64,000 bases of DNA from Candidatus Multivoradales bacterium (GCA_965223855.1 CBDCXM010000009.1:928001-992000), one strand, 5' to 3'; shown: positions 17,815 to 26,929, counted from the stretch's first letter. Notes: generated by a model not told the origin, from the sequence alone. Program-made: numbers and translations.

Positions 17815-19875
17815 TCAGTCGCCGACCTGGAGGAACTGGACCTCGTAGTCGATCGGGATCGTCGCTTCGGTCTCGATCGCGAGCCGGTACCAGCCGGCCT
17901 CTTCCATTCGATGGGGGCCGAGGTCGGAGCCCTGCCTGAAGACCTCGTTGCCGTCGGCATCGAACAGGGTGAAGGTCGCCGGGCGCGACATGAAGACGAT
18001 GTCGAAGTAGATGTAACCGGGTCGGCGCACCTCGAGGTCGTAGACCACCATGTCCTCGGGTTCGAGCCTGCCGCCGCGCGCGCGTCCGAAGGCGATCTCG
18101 CCGCCGGAGTAGACCCGCCCCCCTTCGCGCACCGTCAGGGGGAGCGTCGGAAGGTCGCTCGGGGTGGTGCCGAGGCCGGCCCGCTCCCGGGTGTCGTCGG
18201 AGACGATCTCGGCACCGTCGGGAACGCTCAACACTTCGGGCTCCTGCTGACGACCGCGGTCGGGGCGGGCGCTCGCGGCGGGACTGCCGGTCGCCGGTAC
18301 CGAGGGTGCCTGGGTGGCGCTGGCGAGGGGCTCGCCGGAGAAGGTCTCGGGCTCGACGGCTGCCTCGGCCTCTGCCCCCGGCTCTTCCGTGACCGGGAGC
18401 GCCGTCTCGGCGATCGCCGCTTCCGGTTGCGGTTCCTGCCCGGGCTCTTCGACGGCGGGCGTCGATAGCCCTGTGGACGGGTCTTCCTCGTCCACCGTAG
18501 CCGGAGCCTCGATCGGCGCGCTCTCGGCGGCCTCCTCGGCGCCGAAGAGCGCCAGCACGTCGTCGAACTCCTGTGCCTGCCACCAGCGCCATCCGAGCCA
18601 CGCGGCGGTGACGCCGAGGGCGAGCATCACCAGCGCGATCGTCGCCGCGACGAGCAGTCCCTTGCGGGCACCGCCGCCGGATGTTGCCGGCGTCGCTGCA
18701 GCGGGGGTGGCCACCGGAGGTGGTGGCGGCTCCGCCGTCGCGCCGTCGCCGGGGGTGGTTGCCGGAATCGGAGGTTGCGGCACGGAGTCTGTCGGCACGG
18801 GGTCCTCCGACACGGGGTCCTCCGACACGGGGTCTTCCGACACCGGGTTTTCAGAAACAGGGCTTTCCGACAGCACGGTCGGCTCGCTCGGCGTCTCGGA
18901 CGGCGGCTCGCTGACGACGGTGCCCGCGAGCACCGGTTCAGTAGCGGCCTGAGCGGCGGTCGAGCGTGCCAGCATCGGCCGCGTGGTCGGATCGGGGACA
19001 GGGTCGGGAGCGATGCCGAGCAGGCTCTGACGGCAGGCCTCGATCAACGCCTCGGCGCTCGGGTAGCGCTGCCCCGGCTCGAACGCCATCGCCTTGAGCA
19101 CGACTCCCTGGAGGGCGTCGGGGATGTCGGCGGTGAAGTCGCGCGGCGGCGGCACCGGGTCGTGCACCACCTTGTGAAGCACGGCGAGCGGTGTGTCGGC
19201 AGCGAACGGCGCGTGCGCGGTCAGCATCTCGTAGAGCACCACTCCGACGGCGTAGAGGTCGGAGGCCGGCGTCGCGCTCTCGCGGCCCATCACCGTCTCC
19301 GGTGCCATGTAGGCGGGCGTCCCGATCTCCGCACCGGCGGCAGTCAGCGCCGGGTCGCCCGAGTCGACGATCTTGGCGATGCCGAAGTCGGTGAGGATCA
19401 CCGAGCCGTCGGTGCCGAGCATCACATTGTCCGGCTTGACGTCGCGGTGCAGCACTCCCTGCTGGTGGGCGTAGCCGAGGCCGGCCGTCAGCTGCTCGAC
19501 GATGCGGATCGCCTCGGAAAACGGGCGGATCGGGCCGTCCCGCTTGATGCGTGCCTTGAGGTCCTCCCCTTCGACGAACTCCATCACCATGTAGAAGAGG
19601 TCCTCGTGACGCCCGAAGTCGTGCATCTGAACGATGTTCGGGTGGCGCAGTCCCGCCACGGCGCGTGCCTCGCGCTGGAAGCGCTCGTCGAAGTTCTTCG
19701 AGCCCGACAGATCGGGTCGGATGACCTTGATCGCGCGGTGGACCGCGAGTCCGGGGTGGAACGCCTTGTAGACGTTGGCCATCCCTCCGCGGCCGAGCTT
19801 CTCGAGAATCTCGTAGTTGCCCAGCGTGATGCCGCTCAGATCCTGCATAGCCTCGGGTCCTTCATGGTCGTCCAT
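17815..19875 (-). CDS. Transmembrane Hanks-type Ser/Thr kinase (alternative start 19848)
   Basis: LGRGGMA, AIK, HRDVKPDN, DFG, GTPAYMAPE; Pro-rich linker, TM, extracellular beta domain. Confidence 0.93.
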   Translation of the reverse strand: MDDHEGPEAMQDLSGITLGNYEILEKLGRGGMANVYKAFHPGLAVHRAIKVIRPDLSGSKNFDERFQREARAVAGLRHPNIVQMHDFGRHEDLFYMVMEFVEGEDLKARIKRDGPIRPFSEAIRIVEQLTAGLGYAHQQGVLHRDVKPDNVMLGTDGSVILTDFGIAKIVDSGDPALTAAGAEIGTPAYMAPETVMGRESATPASDLYAVGVVLYEMLTAHAPFAADTPLAVLHKVVHDPVPPPRDFTADIPDALQGVVLKAMAFEPGQRYPSAEALIEACRQSLLGIAPDPVPDPTTRPMLARSTAAQAATEPVLAGTVVSEPPSETPSEPTVLSESPVSENPVSEDPVSEDPVSEDPVPTDSVPQPPIPATTPGDGATAEPPPPPVATPAAATPATSGGGARKGLLVAATIALVMLALGVTAAWLGWRWWQAQEFDDVLALFGAEEAAESAPIEAPATVDEEDPSTGLSTPAVEEPGQEPQPEAAIAETALPVTEEPGAEAEAAVEPETFSGEPLASATQAPSVPATGSPAASARPDRGRQQEPEVLSVPDGAEIVSDDTRERAGLGTTPSDLPTLPLTVREGGRVYSGGEIAFGRARGGRLEPEDMVVYDLEVRRPGYIYFDIVFMSRPATFTLFDADGNEVFRQGSDLGPHRMEEAGWYRLAIETEATIPIDYEVQFLQVGD
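18796..18870. repeat. 15-bp tandem repeat (5 degenerate copies) encoding PVSED/PVSEN
   Basis: CACGGGGTCCTCCGA x2 plus 3 variants in the kinase linker. Confidence 0.85.
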
Positions 19876-19920
19876 TGATGACGCGTGTGCGGACTTGATT
19901 GTAGCGAGCGGCCGGAGGCG

Positions 19921-20148
19921 TCACGCCTTCGTGCTGCTCCCCGGAGCGGGCCGGTGCATCAGCAGGATGTTGGTGGCGCCGCATTCGGGGCAGACGAGAT
20001 GACGCTCGAAACGCTCGCCGTCGGCCGGGTCGGCGACATCGCGCACCTCAAGGAACCCGTCCTCGTTCTTCGGGCAGCGCACCTTCGCCTCGGGGTCCTC
20101 GGCGAGAACCTTGGCGGCTTCGATCCAGCGCAGGGTCTCCGGTTTCAC
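19921..20148 (-). CDS. Small zinc-ribbon-like protein, possible immunity protein
   Basis: GTGA overlap with the upstream gene; CPKN...CPEC. Confidence 0.6.
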   Translation of the reverse strand: MKPETLRWIEAAKVLAEDPEAKVRCPKNEDGFLEVRDVADPADGERFERHLVCPECGATNILLMHRPAPGSSTKA

Positions 20149-20603
20149 AGTTCCTTCACCGCCCTTTCCGCAAAGTCGAACGTGGCCTGGGTCTCCTGCT
20201 GCGCGAGTTCGCCGCCGACACCCGAAGCGGCCTCGCTCGTCTTCAGGCGATAGAGCTCGTGAAGCACGGTCTTCTTCGGCTCTTCTTCGTTGCGGAACGC
20301 TTCGCGACCCATGAGGAAGCCATTCTCCCCGAAAAGGGTCATGCCTGATGCGGGGAGGCCCGGCTCGTATTGAATGATTCGCCCGTCGATCTCGACGATC
20401 AGGACCTCGCCCGCTTCGTGAGCGGCGCGGATCTGCTCGAACTCGGGAGACTCGAGGATGGTGCGTGCCTCGTCGATGACGGCGAGTTCGATCTCGGAGA
20501 AGTCGCCGCCTCCGTCGTCACCGCCCCCATCGTCACCGGCTCCGCCGTCGCCGGCGAGCCAGTCCGGAGACTCGATCTTCGGCAGCTCTTCTGGTCCCCC
20601 CAA
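20145..20603 (-). CDS. Hypothetical protein resembling a detached polymorphic-toxin C-terminal domain
   Basis: GAGGAG RBS before TTG; Gly/Asp linker, then a domain with TVLHELYRL and a downstream Glu. Confidence 0.55.
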   Translation of the reverse strand: MGGPEELPKIESPDWLAGDGGAGDDGGGDDGGGDFSEIELAVIDEARTILESPEFEQIRAAHEAGEVLIVEIDGRIIQYEPGLPASGMTLFGENGFLMGREAFRNEEEPKKTVLHELYRLKTSEAASGVGGELAQQETQATFDFAERAVKEL

Positions 20604-20655
20604 ACGGGGTCTCCTCGAGAGTTGTGGGACTCTCGGGGAAGGCTAGCAGAGGGTG

Positions 20656-21555
20656 TCAGGCGCGGTTGCGGATCCGGTAACGGAGCGCCAGACGCAGGTT
20701 GACGAACGACTCGAAACCGGCATCGCGCCCCGGGGGCCGTGCGACTTCGAGAGGGGTGAAGAAGAGCTCGGCCGCCGCCCGCCACCGGTCTCCCGCACGG
20801 GTGGTGACGCCGAGAGCCGCCGAGTAGGTGGTCCCGGACGCCGACAGGGTGCTGCGATCGACCAGTCCCCGGTACTCGGCGCGCACCTGGAAGTCGAGAT
20901 CGAGACGGTGAAGGGCGAGGGCGAGGTAGGGGGCGAGCCGGCGATCCGGCGTTGAGCGGCGCGACACCGTCGTCTCGAAGCTCAGGCTCTCGAGGTCCAT
21001 CGTGTCCGCAGACGGTGTCTCGCAGCCGAACTCGTTGGGGCCTTCGGCGATCTCCCGCGCCGAGCAGGTGATGTCGCCGTCGAACCGGCCGCGTTGCGCC
21101 ACGAGGCGGAAGGCGACCGGGAAGGCGCGCTGACGAAACGCCGCGCGACCGACGGCAAGCGCCACCAGCTCGGGCTCGATCCCGGAGATGTCGACCGGCG
21201 GCAGATAGCTCCCTTCGAGGCTCCACCCGCCGGGAAGGCCGACCGCGATCCGCGGGCGGCCGAAGACCGAAGTGCGATCGAAATCCTCCTCTTTGGTGCC
21301 GTCGAAACCGACCGTGCGCTCGGCCGCGGAGAGGGACGGCACCGAGTCGAGCTCGATCGCCAGCTCGACTGCGCCGGGAGGGAGCGGCTCACCGTCGTCG
21401 AGGCCGGTGAGCAGTCCGAGGCTGGCGGCGTACTGCATCGCCCACGACTCCGGGCGCTCGAAAGCAAGCGCCTCGTGGCCGGCGAGTACGACCTGTGCCG
21501 AGGCCGGCGAAGGCAGCAGGGCGCAGGCGACAAGAGCGAGCGTTCGCAGCCTCAC
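20656..21555 (-). CDS. Secreted/outer-membrane hypothetical protein
   Basis: Signal peptide; amphipathic beta strands, ends near LALRYR. Confidence 0.65.
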   Translation of the reverse strand: MRLRTLALVACALLPSPASAQVVLAGHEALAFERPESWAMQYAASLGLLTGLDDGEPLPPGAVELAIELDSVPSLSAAERTVGFDGTKEEDFDRTSVFGRPRIAVGLPGGWSLEGSYLPPVDISGIEPELVALAVGRAAFRQRAFPVAFRLVAQRGRFDGDITCSAREIAEGPNEFGCETPSADTMDLESLSFETTVSRRSTPDRRLAPYLALALHRLDLDFQVRAEYRGLVDRSTLSASGTTYSAALGVTTRAGDRWRAAAELFFTPLEVARPPGRDAGFESFVNLRLALRYRIRNRA

Positions 21556-22172
21556 GGTGTCGTGCGCGTGAGGGCGACGAAGCGCACCCGGTCGCTCGCT
21601 TCGAGTCGTTCGATGGCCGCCTCAGCCGTTTCCGACGGCAGCTTTAGCCGGTAGAGACCGAGGTCGTCGGGGCCGTCGATGATCTGCGCCTCGGCGTCGG
21701 TCAGCAGGCGGCGGATCTCCGCCTCGGTCGTCTGCTCGCTGAAGAGAATGTGCGCCACCCGCTCGCCGGGCGGCGTCTGCGCCGGTGCGTCGGAGAGGGT
21801 ACGGAAGGTCGGTTCGTGTGACGGTTCTTCGAGCGCCGGGCGCTGAGGCGCCAGCAGCCACGCCGCGCCGAGCGCCAGCAGCATGGTGGCGGCGGCGGCC
21901 AGCGGAGCCCATCGCGACGGATCCGCTCGTTGTCGCGAGGCTTCAGGGCCTTCGACGGCCATGCGCAGAGCGCGGACGCCGGACTCGACATCGAAGCCGG
22001 GGATGGGGGTCTGCTCGACCGCATCCTGAATCTCCTCGAGGTCCCTCAGCGCGCTGCGACAGGTGACGCAGGTGGCGGCGTGAGCGCGCATGTCCCTGGC
22101 CTCCTCGGGTTGCAGCGTGCCGTTGAGGTACCAGGGCAGCAGCGGCTCCCATCGTTCGTGGTGTGTCGTCAT
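21552..22172 (-). CDS. zf-HC2 anti-sigma factor
   Basis: LLPWYLNGTL...HAATCVTC, TM, FRTLS, C-terminal small ferredoxin-like domain. Confidence 0.88.
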   Translation of the reverse strand: MTTHHERWEPLLPWYLNGTLQPEEARDMRAHAATCVTCRSALRDLEEIQDAVEQTPIPGFDVESGVRALRMAVEGPEASRQRADPSRWAPLAAAATMLLALGAAWLLAPQRPALEEPSHEPTFRTLSDAPAQTPPGERVAHILFSEQTTEAEIRRLLTDAEAQIIDGPDDLGLYRLKLPSETAEAAIERLEASDRVRFVALTRTTP

Positions 22173-22179
22173 CGCGGGT

Positions 22180-22794
22180 CTAACTCCTCGGGTCCGTGGG
22201 CTCCTCGGGCGCGTGGGCTCCTCGGGCGCGCGTTGTTGCGGGCTCTTCGGCGCCACTCGCCTCGCGCGGCAGCAGGTCGCGGAGCCTGCGTCGGGCGTGG
22301 AACATCCGGGTCTTGACGGTGTTCTCGGGGCAGCCGACGATCTCGGCGATCTCGGCGTAGGAGTGGCCGAAGTAGTAGGTGAGTTCGACGACGGCGCGGT
22401 GCTCGGGGCTCAGCCGGCCGAGCGCGGCGAAGACTGCATGGCGCCGCTCCCGCTCCTCGACCCGTCGCTCGGGTCCGCCGTGCTCGACCTGATGGTCGGC
22501 TTCGACCTCGACCAGTGTCGGGGCCTTCGAGAGCTTGCCTACCGCGGAGAGGGCCTTGCGATAGGCGATGCCGAGGATCCAGGTCGACGGCTTCGATCGA
22601 CCGGCAAAGGTTCCCGCCTTCTGCCAGACGACGATCATGACGTCGTTCACCAGTTCCTCGACGATGCCGTGCCGTCCGACCATGCGATAGAGGAACGCGG
22701 TGACCGGTCCGTGGTAGCGCCGGTACAGCTCCTCCAGCGCCGCCCGGTTGCCGGCGGCGACGGAGCTGAGAAGCGCGCTGTCGGAGACTTCCAT
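22180..22794 (-). CDS. ECF RNA polymerase sigma factor
   Basis: ALEELYRRY, EELVNDVM, STWILGIAYRK, SYAEIAEIVGCPENTVKTRMFHAR. Confidence 0.93.
   Translation of the reverse strand: MEVSDSALLSSVAAGNRAALEELYRRYHGPVTAFLYRMVGRHGIVEELVNDVMIVVWQKAGTFAGRSKPSTWILGIAYRKALSAVGKLSKAPTLVEVEADHQVEHGGPERRVEERERRHAVFAALGRLSPEHRAVVELTYYFGHSYAEIAEIVGCPENTVKTRMFHARRRLRDLLPREASGAEEPATTRARGAHAPEEPTDPRS
22184..22234. repeat. 17-bp tandem repeat x3 at the sigma/anti-sigma junction
   Basis: CTCCTCGGGTCCGTGGG / CTCCTCGGGCGCGTGGG / CTCCTCGGGCGCGCGTT. Confidence 0.75.
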
Positions 22795-22824
22795 CGCTGG
22801 TTTCAGGGGGTCTGGTTCCCGGAG

Positions 22825-22854
22825 GTGAGTCTTCCAGGCGGTCGTAGCGGTTCA
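22825..22854 (-). promoter_or_regulatory. ECF autoregulatory promoter
   Basis: Minus strand TGAACC-N17-GACTCAC directly upstream of the ECF gene. Confidence 0.75.
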
Positions 22855-23334
22855 ATCCTCGGGAGCGTTCGGTCGGCACCCCGCTTCGGGCACCTTCAGT
22901 TGGCCGGACGCCCCGGAATTGATCCAGGCGATCATCGCGTCGATCTCCGCCTGGCCGAGGAACGGACCGCCACGCGGCATTCTCTCGCCGATGATGCCGG
23001 CGTCGCCCCGGAGTTTGTGGATCAGATAGCTCTGCTCGGCATCGCCGGGATCGACCCGCAGCAGCGCGGGCACCTCCGTCGACGGCACACCGACGAGGTT
23101 GCCGTGGGCGACGCCGGGTTCCAGGACGAGGCCGGCCTGGGCCGAAGCGGCGCTGTGACAGCCGCCGCGGGCGCAGGTCGGGGTGAAGATCTGCGCCTGG
23201 AAGTCGGAGAAGGTGACGGGCGGCCCGGCCGGCGGCTGCATCGGCGGCGCGGTCGGGGTACCGCCACCTCCTCCTCCACCGCAGCCGGCGGCGATCAGGG
23301 TGACGAGGGCGAGGACGGGTCGGTACGAGGTCAT
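22852..23334 (-). CDS. Lipoprotein with putative c-type cytochrome domain
   Basis: AAGGAGG RBS; lipobox IAAGC; CARGGCH (CX4CH); RMPRGG distal Met. Confidence 0.7.
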   Translation of the reverse strand: MTSYRPVLALVTLIAAGCGGGGGGGTPTAPPMQPPAGPPVTFSDFQAQIFTPTCARGGCHSAASAQAGLVLEPGVAHGNLVGVPSTEVPALLRVDPGDAEQSYLIHKLRGDAGIIGERMPRGGPFLGQAEIDAMIAWINSGASGQLKVPEAGCRPNAPED

Positions 23335-23353
23335 CGGCGTTCCTCCTTGCACG

Positions 23354-23417
23354 ATGTGTGGGCAGGCGTCGCACTCCGGTTCACTCTTGAACCTCGAAGC
23401 CGCATCCACCGACTCAC
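23354..23417. promoter_or_regulatory. Back-to-back ECF promoters
   Basis: GGTTCA-CTCT-TGAACC core; plus strand TGAACC-N17-GACTCAC, minus strand TGAACC-N17-CACACAT. Confidence 0.7.
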
Positions 23418-23436
23418 GGCGACAGGAGGCACCGAT

Positions 23437-23862
23437 ATGCGACTGATTCCCAGCCGAGCGTTCCCGTCCATCCTGATCCTCGTCTTCGCCGCAACGTCCA
23501 GCCTGCATTGCGGAGGAGGTGGCGGCGGAGGGGGCGCGACACCGACGGCCCCGGGCGGTCCGGTCGTCATCTCGATCGTCGACAACGCCTTCAGCCCGAG
23601 GTCGCCGGTGATCTCGCCCGGTCAGACGGTCCGCTGGGTCCTCGATGGCATGGATCCGACCCACACGACGACGGCGATGAACGGAAGCTGGGACAGCGGT
23701 TTCGTCTTCAACGCCCAGGGCAACTTCTACGAGCGCACCTTCCCCGCCACGGAGACGGGAAGAACGTTCGAGTACTCGTGCGTCACCCACCGCGACTCCG
23801 ACGCCATGCAGGGTTCGATCCGCGTGGGTGCCGACGCCCCCGACCCACAGGACGGCTATTGA
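23437..23862 (+). CDS. Cupredoxin (plastocyanin-like) lipoprotein
   Basis: AGGAGG RBS; Cys-Gly8 tether; FSP..GQTVRW..HTTT..YSCVTH.....M type-1 copper ligands. Confidence 0.8.
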   Translation: MRLIPSRAFPSILILVFAATSSLHCGGGGGGGGATPTAPGGPVVISIVDNAFSPRSPVISPGQTVRWVLDGMDPTHTTTAMNGSWDSGFVFNAQGNFYERTFPATETGRTFEYSCVTHRDSDAMQGSIRVGADAPDPQDGY

Positions 23863-23898
23863 GCGACTTGTTGTGGAGCGCTGTGCGACACTGAATCG

Positions 23899-24636
23899 AT
23901 GGTGCTGCGGAAGGCAACGGCGCGCTGGGCACGGGTCGGCTGGGCGCTGCTGCTCGGACTCCCGGCCGCGGTGTCGTCCCAGGAGAAGGGGGCCGAGCGG
24001 TTGCATGCCATGGTGACGCTGACCTCCGACTACGTTTACCGCGGGGTCTCGCAGTCCGACGGTGACCCGGCGATCCAGGGGGGCTTCGAGTTCGAGGCCG
24101 ACCGCGGCGGCTTCGTGGGCCTCTGGGCCTCCAGCGTCCAGTTCAGCGAGGCGACTCCGCGGGAAACTCCGCGAGACCTCGAGCTCGATCTCTACGCCGG
24201 CTGGCGCTTCGAGCTCGGCCCGGAGTGGAACGGAGAGGTGAGCTGGACGCGGCTCACCTACCCCGGTGCCGATACCTTTTTCGACTATGACTACGACGAG
24301 GCGCGCCTCTCCCTCACCTGGCGCGGCACCCTCGGCGCCACGGTCGGTTACCAGCCTGAGGGGCTCGGAAGCCCGACCTCGGCGTGGGTCTACGAAGTTC
24401 TCGCCGGTCGGCCGGTGAGACGGGGCACCGAGCTGGGAGCCGGCTACGGCTACCACGATCTCGAGGGCTTCTTCGGCGGCGGCTACGGGTACTGGAGCGC
24501 CGTCGTGTCCCACGGGCGAGGGCGTCTGCGCGCGGCGCTGACCTACGTCGGCACGTCGAGCGCCGCCGAGCGCCTCTGGGATCGGGAGCTGGTCGGCGAT
24601 CGGTGGGTCGTCAGCGTTTCGGCGGGGGTCCGTTGA
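23899..24636 (+). CDS. TorF-family putative porin
   Basis: TSDYVYRGVSQS..PAIQGG, GLWASSV, ELDLYAGW. Confidence 0.85.
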   Translation: MVLRKATARWARVGWALLLGLPAAVSSQEKGAERLHAMVTLTSDYVYRGVSQSDGDPAIQGGFEFEADRGGFVGLWASSVQFSEATPRETPRDLELDLYAGWRFELGPEWNGEVSWTRLTYPGADTFFDYDYDEARLSLTWRGTLGATVGYQPEGLGSPTSAWVYEVLAGRPVRRGTELGAGYGYHDLEGFFGGGYGYWSAVVSHGRGRLRAALTYVGTSSAAERLWDRELVGDRWVVSVSAGVR

Positions 24637-24637
24637 C

Positions 24638-25978
24638 GTGAAGCGAGGCAGGCACATCCCGCGGCGGTGGTGGATCGCAGCGGCGCTGACGATCGGCCTG
24701 AGCCGGGCGCTGTGCGCCGCGGAGGGCGCGGCCGGAGAGGGCGGTCCTCCCGACGCCCGCGAGCTCGAGCGCCACCTGCTCGTCACCCTGGCCGAGGCTC
24801 CCCGCCGACCTCTTCCGCCGGTCGGCTCCACACCGCGCGCCTACGGTGGTGCCCGGGGCTACAAGAGCTCCGCGCGCGCCCGTCGACTCGCCCGCCGGCT
24901 GGCGAAACGCCACGGGCTGACGCGGATCGACGGGTGGCCGATCGAGTCGCTCGACGTCTACTGCGTCGTGTACGAAGTCGCGGCCGACCGATCGATCGAC
25001 GAGGCGCTCTCCCGTCTGACGGCGGATCCGCTGGTCGAGAGCGTTCAGAGGATGGGTGTCTTCCGGGTGCTCGCCGAGCGGCACAACGACCCGCTGCTGG
25101 AGCTGCAGCACGGCTTCTCGGCGCTCGAGCTCGAGGAGGCGCATCGCTGGTCACGGGGCGACGGGGTCGAGGTCGCGGTGGTCGATACGGGGATCGACGT
25201 CACCCATCCCGAGTTTTCCTCCCGTGTCGTGTCGACCGAGAACTTCGTCGGAGATGCCGGGGCGCCGCTCGCCGACGTCCACGGCACCGCGGTGGCGGGA
25301 GTCATCGCCGCCGCGGCCGACAACGGCATCGGCATCGCCGGAGTCGCTCCGGCGGTGCGCCTTCTGGCGCTGCGCGCCTGCTGGCCCGAGGGGCGGGACA
25401 CGGCAGCGGCGCTTTGCAGCAGCTTCACGCTCGCCAAGGCGCTGAGCTACGTCGTCGAGCACCGTCCCGACGTCGTCAACCTGAGCCTGGCCGGCCCGCC
25501 CGACCCGCTGCTGGCGCGCCTGCTTGCGCGCGCCGTGGAGCGCGGCGTGCTGGTGGTCAGCGCGATGCCGGAGCGTGCCCTGCACGAGCCGCGGTTCCCG
25601 GCGACGGCCGACCGGGTGATCGCCGTCGGCACCGGGGTCGGCAAGGAGACCGACACGCACTCGAGCGACGCGCTTGCTGCGCTCCCCGCTTCGGTGCTCC
25701 GAGCCCCCGGAGATCGGATCCTCACGACCATGCCTGCCGGGGGCTACGACTTCCTCTCCGGGAGCTCGCTGGCGGCCGCTCACGTCACCGGGCTCATCGC
25801 TCTCCTCCTCGAGCAGGAGAGGCGACTCAGCTACGAGCGGGTGGTCGAGCTGCTGAGGACCAGCGATCCGGCGCGCCGCAGCGCGGTCAACGGCTGCCGC
25901 GCTTTGCAGCTGCTGAGCGCGAGGGTCGAGTGTCGGGAAGCTGACGGCACAGGCCCGACGGCGACCGGCGCCCGCTAG
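24638..25978 (+). CDS. S8 subtilisin-like peptidase
   Basis: VAVVDTG, HGTAVAG, SGSSLAAAHVTG catalytic triad. Confidence 0.92.
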   Translation: MKRGRHIPRRWWIAAALTIGLSRALCAAEGAAGEGGPPDARELERHLLVTLAEAPRRPLPPVGSTPRAYGGARGYKSSARARRLARRLAKRHGLTRIDGWPIESLDVYCVVYEVAADRSIDEALSRLTADPLVESVQRMGVFRVLAERHNDPLLELQHGFSALELEEAHRWSRGDGVEVAVVDTGIDVTHPEFSSRVVSTENFVGDAGAPLADVHGTAVAGVIAAAADNGIGIAGVAPAVRLLALRACWPEGRDTAAALCSSFTLAKALSYVVEHRPDVVNLSLAGPPDPLLARLLARAVERGVLVVSAMPERALHEPRFPATADRVIAVGTGVGKETDTHSSDALAALPASVLRAPGDRILTTMPAGGYDFLSGSSLAAAHVTGLIALLLEQERRLSYERVVELLRTSDPARRSAVNGCRALQLLSARVECREADGTGPTATGAR

Positions 25979-25992
25979 CCTGTTCTTTCCCG

Positions 25993-26334
25993 TCAGCCCG
26001 AGAGCCGGCCCGGCCCCATTCGTGTCGCCAGCAGCCAGAAGGCGAGCGACACCAGCGACAGGCTGACGCCGCCGGCCAGCAGTTGAGGCGCGCCGAGGCC
26101 GCTCGCCAGCGGCTCTCGCAGATGCCAGAAGATGAGTGCGCTCACCAGCGCCGCGAGACCCCAGTAGGGCAACAGCCAGCGACTTGCGCCACGGACGCGC
26201 CGCGGCGGCGTCTCGGCGGCGTCGAGGCGTGCGGCGAGCCGCTGCTCGAAACCGGGCCGCACGCGGGGTGTCGCGGTGTTCGCGAATGCGCTGCGCAGCT
26301 GCTGATCGACCGATGTCCGGGGTGTCTGCTTCAC
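25993..26334 (-). CDS. Small 2-TM protein, probable anti-sigma factor
   Basis: Coupled to the ECF stop; DQQLRSAF...PGFEQRL, then 2 TM. Confidence 0.65.
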   Translation of the reverse strand: MKQTPRTSVDQQLRSAFANTATPRVRPGFEQRLAARLDAAETPPRRVRGASRWLLPYWGLAALVSALIFWHLREPLASGLGAPQLLAGGVSLSLVSLAFWLLATRMGPGRLSG

Positions 26335-26900
26335 GGGTGTTCCTCCAGAGCGTTGCCGAGTCGCGCGCGTGCGCGATGCAGGCGGGCCTTGACGGTGCCG
26401 GGCCGCACCGAGTGGAGCGTGGCGATCTCGTCGATCGACTGTCCCTGCCAGTAGTGCAGCAGGATGGTGCTGCGCTGAGGTTCCCCGAGGGCGTTCACCG
26501 CCGCCAGCAGGTCGAGTCGACGCTCCCGCTCCTCACCGGGGCCGGCAAGCTGAGCGAGCGCCTCGTCTCCCAGGTGAGGGCGTTGGAAGCGGGCCCGACG
26601 GGCGACGTCGATCGCCCGTCGGCGGGTGATCGCGTAGAGCCAGGTCGAGAACCGGCTTTCCGACCGGAAGGTGGCCAGCTTGCGATGGACGAGCACGAAC
26701 ACCTCCTGTGCGACGTCCTCGGCCTCGGCGTCGAAGCCGGGGCCGAGGATCGAAGCGGCCAACCTGAAGACGCGATCCCGGTAGCGGGTGACGAGGGCGA
26801 GGAACGCTTCGTCGCTACCCTCCGCGACACAGCGCCGGACGAGATCCTCGTCGCTCGGCAGGCTGTCGGCGGTCATCGCTGCTGGCAGGGTCGTGGGCAT
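26331..26900 (-). CDS. ECF RNA polymerase sigma factor (start 26900 or 26876)
   Basis: DEDLVRR, AEDVAQEVF, FSTWLYAIT, SIDEIA..TVKARLHRAR. Confidence 0.92.
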   Translation of the reverse strand: MPTTLPAAMTADSLPSDEDLVRRCVAEGSDEAFLALVTRYRDRVFRLAASILGPGFDAEAEDVAQEVFVLVHRKLATFRSESRFSTWLYAITRRRAIDVARRARFQRPHLGDEALAQLAGPGEERERRLDLLAAVNALGEPQRSTILLHYWQGQSIDEIATLHSVRPGTVKARLHRARARLGNALEEHP

Positions 26901-26929
26901 CGCTCGGGGGAGCCGTCCGTCCGGGCCGG

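Noticed and set aside
22090-24831. Long overlapping ORFs 22090-23862 (+) and 22852-24831 (-)
   Set aside because: Only their C-terminal parts have an RBS, signal peptide and motifs; the rest is antisense shadow typical of high-GC DNA
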